Below are positions 36,154 to 45,241 of a stretch of DNA of 61,312 bases, piece after piece. The stretch lies in contig JBGQEL010000017.1 of the NCBI GenBank assembly GCA_041496385.1, positions 1 through 61,312 on the forward strand. The letters run 5' to 3'. Source of the stretch: Candidatus Methylomirabilia bacterium. Its GTDB lineage: Bacteria; Methylomirabilota; Methylomirabilia; Rokubacteriales; CSP1-6. The notes beneath the pieces are model-generated. The model did not search any database and was not told the origin of the DNA. It saw only the letters and a list, made by a program, of their open reading frames with translations. Made by a program: the position numbers and the translations under genes. Position 1 is the stretch's first letter; the number at the start of each line of letters is the position of its first letter.

Positions 36154-37665
36154 TCAGGCGCCGCGCCGGAGCAGGACCCAGCCGCCCGCGCGTTGCACGA
36201 CGCCGAAGCGCGCGGGCGGCGCCGTCGCCGCCTCGCCCTCGAGAATCAAGACCCACTCGCTCCGCTCCAGCCCGGCCGGGTAGATGTGCACCTCGCCCCG
36301 CGTCGCGAGGTGCGGCACCATCCGCTCGTTGGCGCTGACGCCGGCTGTCGCCGGCACCTGTGCCGTGAGCGCGAGCGCCGCCCGCTGCGCGGGCGTCGGC
36401 CGCCAGCGGGTGACGGTGAAGTCGTTCACCGTCCGCGCGGTCAGCACGGCGCTCGCCAGGAACGCGAAGCCCAGGATCCTCCCGGCGCGCGCCGGCCACA
36501 CCGCGCCGAGGCGCGCGTAGCCGTCCACCGCCCCGAGCACGAGAAACGGCAGGACGAACGCCTGGTACTGCGATCGATAGTTGAAGAGCACGGGATCGAG
36601 CGACAGGAGATTCATCGCGAGCCCGGGCAGCGCCGCGGCGAGCGCGGCCGGAGCCAGCAGCGGCAGCAGCCCCAGCGGAGCCAGCAGCGCCACGAGGTAG
36701 GCGAGCTTCGCCGGCCAGAGCACCAGGCCGAGCCACCGCCACGGCTTGAGCCCGAGTGTCAGGAGTATTTCGCCGATCCACGAGCCCAGGTGGGCGTAGC
36801 GATGCAGGTGCGGGTACGGGGCGCCGCGGAAGTGGGGCATCACGACCTGCAGGTCGAGCACGAGGACGCCCACGGCGAGGGCCGCGAGGATCGCGCCGAC
36901 CGCCCGGTGGCGCCGCGCGAGGGCGAGCCAGGCGCCGAAGCCCACGACGGCCACGGCGGCATCCTCCCGGCACGCGAAGACGAGCGCGAGGGCGAGGGCG
37001 CACCAGGCGTACCGGCGCCGGTCGAACGCGACCGCAGCCCCGAGAACGAGCGGGATCACGAAGGCCGCCGGATGGATGTCGCGGATGTTGATCCCGTGGA
37101 GCGAGGGGTTGACGAGATAGAGCAGTGCTAGGCCGGCGGCCGCGCGCGGCGCCAGGCGGGGCGCGGCGTAGGCATAGACGGCGAGGGCACCGAGGGCGAG
37201 GATGACCGCCTGCGCCACGAGCAGCACGGGCGCGCCCGGCGCGAGCCACTCGAGCGGCGCCAGGAGATAGAAGACCGGCGAGAAGTGCTCGCCCCAGAAA
37301 TGCAACGGCGGGAGCGTGGTGTACGCGCCGTGGCCGGCCGCGATGCTCCAGATGACTTGCAGGTACTGCCCGAGGTCCAGCGCGTGCGTCTGTAGCGTGA
37401 AGTGGCGCGTGACCGCGATGAACGAGAACGCGAGCGCGTAGAGCGCGACGGCGGCCGCCACCAGCCGCGCCGGCCTCGGCGCCGGCAGGCGATACGGCCG
37501 CGCGAGCGCGCGGGCGCCGCCGATGACGGCCGCGGCGACCAGGAGATCCTCGGCGCGCGTGAGCCGGAGCCCCGCGACGGTCCCGCCGCCCGTGGCCAGG
37601 ACGGCCAGGATCGCGGCCCCCAGGAGCGCGGCCAGCGCGTCGAGCGCGCGGACGAGCGCGGTCAC
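36154..37665 (-). CDS. DUF2079-like membrane protein (putative GT-C glycosyltransferase)
   Basis: GTG 37665 overlaps the GT2 stop. DLGQYLQ, GEHFSP, DIHP, CRED, QY..; many TM helices. Confidence 0.75.
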   Translation of the reverse strand: MTALVRALDALAALLGAAILAVLATGGGTVAGLRLTRAEDLLVAAAVIGGARALARPYRLPAPRPARLVAAAVALYALAFSFIAVTRHFTLQTHALDLGQYLQVIWSIAAGHGAYTTLPPLHFWGEHFSPVFYLLAPLEWLAPGAPVLLVAQAVILALGALAVYAYAAPRLAPRAAAGLALLYLVNPSLHGINIRDIHPAAFVIPLVLGAAVAFDRRRYAWCALALALVFACREDAAVAVVGFGAWLALARRHRAVGAILAALAVGVLVLDLQVVMPHFRGAPYPHLHRYAHLGSWIGEILLTLGLKPWRWLGLVLWPAKLAYLVALLAPLGLLPLLAPAALAAALPGLAMNLLSLDPVLFNYRSQYQAFVLPFLVLGAVDGYARLGAVWPARAGRILGFAFLASAVLTARTVNDFTVTRWRPTPAQRAALALTAQVPATAGVSANERMVPHLATRGEVHIYPAGLERSEWVLILEGEAATAPPARFGVVQRAGGWVLLRRGA

Positions 37666-38447
37666 GGAAGGCGCGTGTAGCGGGCCTTGAGGCTGTCGAA
37701 GCGACGCGACCGGCGCAGGCCGCGGCGGTGCAGCGTGTACCAGAAGAGGACGCCGAGGATCCGGAGCCCGTAGATGCTCGAGGCCACGAAGCTGGCCGAG
37801 GACGCCTCCGGGAAGTAGCGCGTGGGCACCGCGATCTCGGCGATCCGGAAGCGCGCGGCGACCACCTGCGCGACGATCTCCTGGTCGAAGACGAAGGCGT
37901 CGGAGTTCGCGCCGAAGTTCACCGTCTCGAGCACGTCGCGGCGGAACGCGCGGTAGCCGGTGTGGTACTCCGAGAGGCGCAGCCCGAAGACCCGATTCTC
38001 CAGCGCCGTGAGGAATCGGTTCGCGAGGAACTTCCACCAGGGCATCCCCTGCTGGAGCGCCGAGCCGGTCTTGAGGCGGGAGCCCAGGACGACCTCGGCC
38101 TCGTCGCGGACGATCGGCGCGATGATCTGCGGCACCAGCCGCGGGTCGTACTGATAGTCCGGATGCACCATCACGACGATGTCCGCGCCGGCGCGGAGGG
38201 CCTCCGCGTAGCACGTCTTCTGGTTGGCGCCGTAGCCGTAGTTGCGGTTGTGGACGAAGATCTCGAGGCCCAGCTGGCGGGCGACGTCGAGCGTCGCGTC
38301 GGTCGAGCCGTCGTCCACGAGGATGACCATGCTGACCGTGTCCTTCGGCAGCTCCTCGTAGGTCATCCGGAGCGTCCGGCCGGCGTTGTAGGCCGGCATC
38401 ACGACCACGACCTTCGGCTTCTTCATGCTCTCGGGCAGCGCCGTCAT
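37662..38447 (-). CDS. GT2 glycosyltransferase (polyprenol-phosphate sugar synthase-like)
   Basis: MPAYN, VDDGSTD, NYGYG, HPDYQY, GSR, TGYRA. Confidence 0.9.
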   Translation of the reverse strand: MTALPESMKKPKVVVVMPAYNAGRTLRMTYEELPKDTVSMVILVDDGSTDATLDVARQLGLEIFVHNRNYGYGANQKTCYAEALRAGADIVVMVHPDYQYDPRLVPQIIAPIVRDEAEVVLGSRLKTGSALQQGMPWWKFLANRFLTALENRVFGLRLSEYHTGYRAFRRDVLETVNFGANSDAFVFDQEIVAQVVAARFRIAEIAVPTRYFPEASSASFVASSIYGLRILGVLFWYTLHRRGLRRSRRFDSLKARYTRLP

Positions 38448-40204
38448 AGCCCCTTATCATCGATGCTCGCCGCTCGGTCGGCAAGGTTGGAGTAGAGCCA
38501 GCGCCCGCCGGCGCTGGTGACGAGGCGCGCGGAGCCCTCGGGCAACGAGCCGACGATGCTCCGCTCGGGCGGCACCGTCGAGAGCAGGAAGTGGCGTCCC
38601 GGCGCCCCCCATGCGGCCTGGAGGCGCGCGAGATCCCAGAAGACATCGCGCGCCTCGGGGAAGGTCGAGCCGAAGGCGAGGTTCGACCGGAGGCCGCCGA
38701 CGACGCGCACGGGCCGGGGCAGGCGCATGAGCGCGGAGGCGCTGTTCTCGATCGCGCCCTCGTGGACGACGAGATCGCCGGGGCGCGCGCGGGCCGTCAG
38801 CGCCGCAACGACCGGCAGCGCCGATCGCGAGCGGATGAACTGCGTCATCCCCTCCCCCGCCACCGTCGAGAGAAACGCGATCGTCAGGGCGAGGGCCACC
38901 GCCGCGCCGAGGGCCGCAGACCGCCGCCACACCGCGAACCCGAGCGCCGCGGCCGCGGCCGCGAAGATGACGGCGCCTCGGAGCGCCAGGGGGCGCCAGG
39001 CGTCGACGGGAGGGGGCGGCACGGCGTGACCCCGCGCCACCAGGTTGCGCGTGGTGTCGTCGAGGATCGCGAGCGCCTCCGCCGGGATCCCCAGCACGCC
39101 CACCAGCGCGCCGGCCAAGACCGCCGCCGCCAGGACGAAGAGGACGAGCAGCGGCGCCAGCAGGGCTCGCGGCTCGGCGGAGCCCGGCACGCCCTCGATG
39201 CTCTCGTCCCAGACCCGGGCGACGAGGAGCGCCAGCGCCGGGAACGCGGGTAGCCCGTGGTGCGGGAGCTTGAAGGGGGACAGGGTGAAGAAGACGATGA
39301 CGGCCATCGCCCAGAGCGCCCAGAGGAGCCAGAGCCGCGCCGTCGCGTCCGCCCAGGGACGCCGGAACGAACGCACGAGCGCCCAGGGGAGCGCCAGCGC
39401 CCACGGCAGGAAGGCGAGCAGCGTCGCCGCGAGGAACTCCAGCGACGAGAGCGGCACGTCCTCGTCCGGAAACAGCCGCTGCCGCGTCAGGCTCAGGAGA
39501 TGATTGTCGACGATCGTGTACCAGAGGAAGCCGTGGCTCCCGGCCTCCACCGCCAGGTACCACGGCAGCGCGATGCCCGCCGCGAGCAGCACGCCCCACC
39601 ACGGGAACCACGGCGCCAGCGGCCGCTCGCGCGTGAGCCAGAAGAAGAGCGCGACGACCGCCAGCGGCCCGAGCGCGCCGAGGATGTCCTTCGTGAGGGC
39701 CGCGAGTCCGAGGCTCGCGTAGAAGAGCGCCAGCCCGAGGCGGCCGCCGCCGCGATACGCGATCGCGAAGCCCGCGTACGCGAGCGTGAGCCAGAGGACG
39801 AAGACGAGGTCCGGCTTGACGATGCGCCCGTAGAGGAACATCCCGGGGCTGGCCGCGACCATGAGGCCGGCGAGCAGTCCGACGCGCGCGCCGCCCAGCA
39901 CGACGCCGAGGCGCGCCGTCAGCGCGGCCACGGCCACGCCGGCGAGCGCCGGCCCGAGGCGCGCGGCGAACGGCGTCTCCCCGAGGGCCGCGAACGACGC
40001 GGACATGAGCCAGTAGGGCAGCGGCGGTATGTCGAAGTACCGGACGCCGTTGACCCGCGGCGTGATCCAGTCGTGCCGGGCCCGCATCTGGCGGGCGACC
40101 TCCGCGTGAAACCCCTCCGGGGGGTCGGCGAAGGGCGCCAGACCGAGGCCGATGAGGTTCAGGCCGAGCGCGACCATGGCGACACCGAGCGAGACTCCGC
40201 GCAC
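38444..40204 (-). CDS. ArnT/PMT-family lipid-linked glycosyltransferase
   Basis: EVARQM..DWITP.VNG..YFDIPPL.YW, LTK, LPWY, KLPH. Confidence 0.85.
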   Translation of the reverse strand: MRGVSLGVAMVALGLNLIGLGLAPFADPPEGFHAEVARQMRARHDWITPRVNGVRYFDIPPLPYWLMSASFAALGETPFAARLGPALAGVAVAALTARLGVVLGGARVGLLAGLMVAASPGMFLYGRIVKPDLVFVLWLTLAYAGFAIAYRGGGRLGLALFYASLGLAALTKDILGALGPLAVVALFFWLTRERPLAPWFPWWGVLLAAGIALPWYLAVEAGSHGFLWYTIVDNHLLSLTRQRLFPDEDVPLSSLEFLAATLLAFLPWALALPWALVRSFRRPWADATARLWLLWALWAMAVIVFFTLSPFKLPHHGLPAFPALALLVARVWDESIEGVPGSAEPRALLAPLLVLFVLAAAVLAGALVGVLGIPAEALAILDDTTRNLVARGHAVPPPPVDAWRPLALRGAVIFAAAAAALGFAVWRRSAALGAAVALALTIAFLSTVAGEGMTQFIRSRSALPVVAALTARARPGDLVVHEGAIENSASALMRLPRPVRVVGGLRSNLAFGSTFPEARDVFWDLARLQAAWGAPGRHFLLSTVPPERSIVGSLPEGSARLVTSAGGRWLYSNLADRAASIDDKGL

Positions 40205-40226
40205 CCGAGGGGCTACCCGGTCGCCG

Positions 40227-40955
40227 TCAGGTGACCTTCACGAGAGCGCCGTCGGGAAGGCGCCGGAGGAGCTCCGCGAGCGCCCGCTCGAGGTAGGCCC
40301 CGTCCCGCGACTCGAGCGTCACCTTCACCTTGTACTCGGGGTTGGAGAACTCCGGGTACGAGCCGAGCAGCAGCGCCGGGAACTCCACGAGCAGCGCGTT
40401 GAGGTGGTCGGCCAGCGTCCCCTCGCCGATCCGCACGAAGACGTTCTTCAGGTGGATCGGCGCGTCGCGGAACCGCTCGCGGATCGCGTCGAACTTCTGC
40501 CGGAAGATCTCCGGCACGCCCGGCAGGACGTAGACGTTCCGCATCACGATCGTCGGGAACCGCAGCGGCTGGCCTCCGACCAGCTCGGCGCCGTCGGGCA
40601 CCTCGGCCATCTTGAGGTGCGCGTCGTTCAGCCGGGCGCCGTAGTAGCCCTCCAGGATCGCGACGAGCCGCGGGTGGCGCACGACCTTCACCGTCATCGC
40701 GCGCGCCACGCCCTCGATCGTGACGTCGTCGTGTGTGGGACCCACGCCGCCCGAGGTGAAGACGACGTCGTAGTCGCGGCTGAAGTGCCGGACCTCGTCG
40801 GCGATCAGCCCGACCTCGTCGGGGATGACGGCGATGCGGCGCATCTCGACACCGAGCGCGCGCAGCTCGCGGCAGAGATATGCCGCGTTGGCGTCCGCGA
40901 TCTTGCCCGACAGGATCTCGTTGCCGATCAGGATGATTCCCGCGGTCTTCGGCAT
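40227..40955 (-). CDS. CinA N-terminal / molybdopterin-binding (MocF) domain protein
   Basis: IGNEILSG, SGGVGPTHDDVT, LPGVP, GSYP. Confidence 0.85.
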   Translation of the reverse strand: MPKTAGIILIGNEILSGKIADANAAYLCRELRALGVEMRRIAVIPDEVGLIADEVRHFSRDYDVVFTSGGVGPTHDDVTIEGVARAMTVKVVRHPRLVAILEGYYGARLNDAHLKMAEVPDGAELVGGQPLRFPTIVMRNVYVLPGVPEIFRQKFDAIRERFRDAPIHLKNVFVRIGEGTLADHLNALLVEFPALLLGSYPEFSNPEYKVKVTLESRDGAYLERALAELLRRLPDGALVKVT

Positions 40956-41010
40956 GGCCCCAGGCGATTCTACGATGCTAGAATGCGCTCGTCCACGGAA
41001 AGGAGACGCG

Positions 41011-41823
41011 ATGGCGACGGAACCCGTTCGTCTGAGCGGCTGGGCGCTCACGCTCGGCGCCTCGTCGGGGTTCGGCGAGGCGGTGAGCCTGGCGCTCGCG
41101 CGCGCGGGGCTGAACATCTTCGGCGTTCACCTCGATCGCAAGGCGACGCTCGCCAATGCCGAGCGCATCGCGGGAGAGATCCGCGGCCTGGGGCGCGAGG
41201 CGGTCTTCTTCAACGTCAACGCGGCCGACGTCGAGAAGCGCGCCGAGCTGGCGGGCCAGATGGAGAAGATCCTCGCGGAGCGCGGCGAGGCCGGCTCGCT
41301 CCGTGTCCTGCTCCACTCGCTCGCCTTCGGCACGCTCAAGCTCTACGTCACCGACCCCATGAAGGACGCGGTCACCCAGGCGCAGATGGACATGACGCTC
41401 GACGTGATGGCCCACAGCCTCGTCTACTGGACGCAGGAGGTCGTCGGCCGCGGGCTCATGGGCGCGGGCGGCCACATCTACGCGATGACCTCCGCCGGCG
41501 GCACGCGCGTGCTGCCCCACTACGGCCCCGTCTCCGCGGCCAAGGCCGCCCTCGAGTCGCACATCCGCCAGCTGGCCGCCGAGCTCGCGCCGCGCGGCAT
41601 CGCCGCCAACGCGATCCGCGCCGGCGTCACCGACACGCCGGCGCTCCAGAAGATCCCCGGTCACGACGCGATCATCGAGCAGGCCCGGCGGCGCAACCCG
41701 AGCGGCCGGATGACGACGCCCGCGGACGTGGCGCGCGCGATCGTCGTGCTCTCGCACCCCGACACCTACTGGATCACCGGGAACGTCATCGGCGTCGACG
41801 GCGGCGAAGACATCGTCGGGTGA
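41011..41823 (+). CDS. SDR, enoyl-ACP reductase-like
   Basis: AAGGAG plus ATG 41011. LGASSGFG, YGPVSAAK, TDTPAL, VDGG. Confidence 0.8.
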   Translation: MATEPVRLSGWALTLGASSGFGEAVSLALARAGLNIFGVHLDRKATLANAERIAGEIRGLGREAVFFNVNAADVEKRAELAGQMEKILAERGEAGSLRVLLHSLAFGTLKLYVTDPMKDAVTQAQMDMTLDVMAHSLVYWTQEVVGRGLMGAGGHIYAMTSAGGTRVLPHYGPVSAAKAALESHIRQLAAELAPRGIAANAIRAGVTDTPALQKIPGHDAIIEQARRRNPSGRMTTPADVARAIVVLSHPDTYWITGNVIGVDGGEDIVG

Positions 41824-42602
41824 CCTACCTCCAGGGGGTTGTCCTCGGCGCTGTCCAGGGCCTCACCGAGTTTCTCCCGGTCTCGTCCTCCGGGCATCTG
41901 ATCCTCGTGCCCCGACTCTTCGGCTGGCCCGACCAGGGGCTCGCGTTCGACGCGGTCATGCACCTCGGCACCCTCGGCGCGCTGCTCGGGTATTTCCGCC
42001 GCGAGCTGCGCGCGCTGGTCTCGGGTGAGCTGTCGCGCCGGTTGATCGTCCTGCTGGCCGCGGCGACGCTGCCCGGCGCGCTCGCCGGCGTGCTCCTCGG
42101 CAATCTGATCGAGACCCGGCTGCGCTCGGTGCTCGTCATCGCGGCGTCGACCGCCGTCTGGGCGCTCGTCATGTGGCTCGCCGACCGCCGGGCCGTCGGG
42201 GCGCCGCGCGGCCCCGGCGAGCCGCTGGAGCGCGTCGGGTGGGGTCAGGGCCTGGCCGTCGGCTGCGCCCAGGCGCTGGCGCTGATTCCAGGAACCTCGC
42301 GCTCGGGCATCACGATCACCACCGGGCTCTTCGGCGGGCTCGACCGCGCCACGGCGGCGCGCTTCTCGTTCCTGCTCGGCATTCCGATCACCGCGGGCGC
42401 GGGCGGCCTGAAGCTGCTCCATCTCCTGAAGACGGGGATCCCGCCCGGTGACCTGGGGCCGCTGCTCGCCGCGCTCGCGGCGGCCTTCGTCAGCGGCTGG
42501 TTCGCCGTGTGGTTCCTGGTGGGCTATCTCAGGACCCGCTCGCTGACGCCCTTCGTGGTCTACCGGCTGCTGCTGGCGCTCGCGATCCTCGAATTCTTCT
42601 AG
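41820..42602 (+). CDS. uppP: Undecaprenyl-diphosphate phosphatase
   Basis: QGLTEFLPVSSSGHL, PGTSRSG, ARFSFLL, FVVYR. Confidence 0.93.
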   Translation: MTYLQGVVLGAVQGLTEFLPVSSSGHLILVPRLFGWPDQGLAFDAVMHLGTLGALLGYFRRELRALVSGELSRRLIVLLAAATLPGALAGVLLGNLIETRLRSVLVIAASTAVWALVMWLADRRAVGAPRGPGEPLERVGWGQGLAVGCAQALALIPGTSRSGITITTGLFGGLDRATAARFSFLLGIPITAGAGGLKLLHLLKTGIPPGDLGPLLAALAAAFVSGWFAVWFLVGYLRTRSLTPFVVYRLLLALAILEFF

Positions 42603-42609
42603 CCCGGGC

Positions 42610-43755
42610 CTAGCTCCCGGCGTTGAGGCGCGCGGTCTCGACGAGCAGCTCCGTCGTCGCGACCATGTCCTTCACGTCGATCCACTCGTGCACGGTGTGG
42701 ATCGCGCGCATGCCGCACGCCAGATTCGCGATCTCGAGCCCCCGACCGTTGAAGACGTTGGCGTCCGAGCCGCCGCCGGTCGCGCGCGTCCGGAACGGTT
42801 TGCCCAGGCTCGCCGCCGCGCGCCTCATGAGGGACACGATGGGCGCGTCCTCCGCGAGATGCAGCCGCTCGTAGTCGCGCTCGACCCTGGCCTCCACCCG
42901 CGCCCGGTGCTCGCGGTCGCCGAGCGTCGTCCGGTGGCGCGCGGCCGCCTCCTCGAAGCACCGCCGCATGTGCTCGGTCTGCGCCTCGAGCTTCTCGACG
43001 CTCAGGCTCCGCGACTCGCCGCGCAGCCGGACGCGGTTCGGGACGATGTTGACCGCCAGGCCGCCTTCGATCAGCCCGAGGTTCGCGGTCGTCTCCTCGT
43101 CGATGCGTCCGAGCCGCATCGCGGCGATGGCCTCGCCCGCGACCTTGATCGCGCTGATCCCCTGCTCCGGGCACACGCCGGCGTGCGCCTCGAGGCCGTG
43201 GACCGTGAAGAGCATCTTGTTCGCCGCGGGCGCCCGGACGACCAGCTCGCAGGCGCCGTCCACGTCGAGGACGAGGCCGCGCCGCGCGCGCAGGCGCCCG
43301 ACGTCGAAGTGCTTGGCGCCGACGAGCCCGGACTCCTCGCAGATCGTGAAGAGCACGTCGATCGGCCCGTGCGGGATGCTCCGCTCGCGGAGCACGCGCA
43401 GCGCCTCGAGGATCGCGACCAGCCCGGACTTGTCGTCGCCGCCGAGGACCGTGGTGCCGTCGGTGCGGATCACGTCGCCGCTCACCACGGGCTTGACGTT
43501 CTCGCCGGGCACCACGGTGTCCATGTGGGCGCAGAGCAGCAGCGGCGGCGCGCCTGGCGCGCTGCCGGGGAACTTCGCGAGCAGGTTGCCGGTCTCACCG
43601 CCGACCTTCGAGCCAGCGTCGTCCTCCTCGACCGTCACGCCCATGCCCGTGAGCGTCCCGCGCAGGTGCCGCGCGATCCGGCCCTCGTGCTTCGAGAGGC
43701 TGTCGATCCGGACCAGGTCGAGGAACTCGTCGACGAGGCGTTGACGGTTGATCAT
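42610..43755 (-). CDS. M20B peptidase T-like metallopeptidase
   Basis: AHMDTV, LGGDDKSG, CEESG, HAG, GGGSDAN, IHT. Confidence 0.88.
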   Translation of the reverse strand: MINRQRLVDEFLDLVRIDSLSKHEGRIARHLRGTLTGMGVTVEEDDAGSKVGGETGNLLAKFPGSAPGAPPLLLCAHMDTVVPGENVKPVVSGDVIRTDGTTVLGGDDKSGLVAILEALRVLRERSIPHGPIDVLFTICEESGLVGAKHFDVGRLRARRGLVLDVDGACELVVRAPAANKMLFTVHGLEAHAGVCPEQGISAIKVAGEAIAAMRLGRIDEETTANLGLIEGGLAVNIVPNRVRLRGESRSLSVEKLEAQTEHMRRCFEEAAARHRTTLGDREHRARVEARVERDYERLHLAEDAPIVSLMRRAAASLGKPFRTRATGGGSDANVFNGRGLEIANLACGMRAIHTVHEWIDVKDMVATTELLVETARLNAGS

Positions 43756-44459
43756 GCGGTTTCTCCCAGGAAACGCCGGAACCACTCGAGGCTCCGCGCC
43801 ACGGCTTCCGTGCGGTGCGCCATGTCGGTGAGCCGGTGATCGGCTCCGGGAATGATCAGCAGATCGCAGGGCTCGGCCGCCCGGGAGTGGAGGACCGCTC
43901 CGTGCTCCACGGGCACGACCTCGTCCGCCTCGCCCTGGATCGCCAGGTGGCGCCGGACGCCCGAGGGCGAGTGGGCGAAATGATGGCCGGAGAGCTCGAG
44001 GAGGAACGGCAGGCCGATGCCCGGCCGCTCCTCGCCCTCGCCCAGATTCTCCAGGTCGGCCGGCGCGTTCCAGGTCACGACCGGGATCCTGTCGTCACGC
44101 GTGGCCGCGACGTGGAGCGCGACGAAGCCGCCCATGCTCGAGCCGAGCAGCCCGAAGCGCCGGGCCAGACGCCCGTGGCTCTCGAGGAAGCGCAGGACGG
44201 CCCGGACGTCCTCGATCCGCGTGGCGACGGTCGTCTCGTCTTCCCGTCCCGTGGACTCGCCGCACCCGCGGAAGTCGAAGCGCGCCAGCCCGATCCCGGC
44301 GCGCGGGAACTCGGCGCCGAGCAGCAGGTACTTGTCGCTGTCCTTCGAGGCCGAGAGGCCGTGACAGGCGACCACGCAGGGCGCCGTCCCCGCGTCGGGC
44401 AGATGGAGCACCAGGGCGAGCTTGCCGTCGGGAAGGGGGACGAGGTGCCGCTCGATCAA
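43752..44459 (-). CDS. Alpha/beta-fold hydrolase
   Basis: TTG start overlaps the tatD stop. CHG, FDFRGCGES, GSSMGG, GEADEVVP, GADH. Confidence 0.85.
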   Translation of the reverse strand: MIERHLVPLPDGKLALVLHLPDAGTAPCVVACHGLSASKDSDKYLLLGAEFPRAGIGLARFDFRGCGESTGREDETTVATRIEDVRAVLRFLESHGRLARRFGLLGSSMGGFVALHVAATRDDRIPVVTWNAPADLENLGEGEERPGIGLPFLLELSGHHFAHSPSGVRRHLAIQGEADEVVPVEHGAVLHSRAAEPCDLLIIPGADHRLTDMAHRTEAVARSLEWFRRFLGETA

Positions 44460-45241
44460 GCCCAGACGAGATCGAAGAGCCGGCAGGCGTTGCTCGAGAG
44501 GTGGTGCATCACGTCCTCGACGGGCATGTGCCTGAGCTTGGCGACCTCCTCGGCGACGCGGCCCGCGAACCACGGGCCGGACGTGAGCCCCTCGAACTCG
44601 CCCCCGTACTGCCAGGGCGCGTCGCTCTCCACGAGCAGCGAGTCGAGCGGCACCGCCTGCACCAGTTCGCGGTCCCGTTGGCGATAGACCACCTCGGGTC
44701 CCACGGAGACGAAGTAGCCGGCCTCGACGATCTCCCGCGTCACCTCGGCCGCCGCCTTGTGCCAGTGGAAGACCGCGCGCTCGATCTGGTAGCGCTTCAG
44801 CGCCTCGAGCGCGCCGACGGCCGCCCCGTGCGGCGCGTGGAGGGCGACGGGCAGGTCCCAGCGCGCGGCAAGGCCGAGCATCCGGTCGAGGCGCTCGCGG
44901 CCGCGCGCCATCAGGGTCGCCGCGTCCGCCTCGCCCTCGAGCGAGTACCAGGGCAGGCCGACCTCGCCGAGCCCGACGATCCGCGAGTGGTGCTGGGAGA
45001 TCTGCGCCTCGACCTGCTCGCACTCCTCGTCGGTGAGCGTCGACGCCTCGGGGTGGAGCCCGAGGCACGCCCACACGGCCTTCGGCGCGGCCGCGGCCGC
45101 CGTTAGGGTCCGCGCGTTCGTCGCGAGATCCACGCCGACGGCGACGATCCCCCAGACGTCGTGGGCGAGGGCGACGCGAAGCGTCTCGCGGAGGTCGGTG
45201 AAGGACCCGTCGTGGAGATGGCAGTGGCTGTCGATGATCAT
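44456..45241 (-). CDS. TatD-family metallo-hydrolase
   Basis: IDSHCH, GLHP, GEVGL, LH, FHW, ESDAP. Confidence 0.9.
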   Translation of the reverse strand: MIIDSHCHLHDGSFTDLRETLRVALAHDVWGIVAVGVDLATNARTLTAAAAAPKAVWACLGLHPEASTLTDEECEQVEAQISQHHSRIVGLGEVGLPWYSLEGEADAATLMARGRERLDRMLGLAARWDLPVALHAPHGAAVGALEALKRYQIERAVFHWHKAAAEVTREIVEAGYFVSVGPEVVYRQRDRELVQAVPLDSLLVESDAPWQYGGEFEGLTSGPWFAGRVAEEVAKLRHMPVEDVMHHLSSNACRLFDLVWA

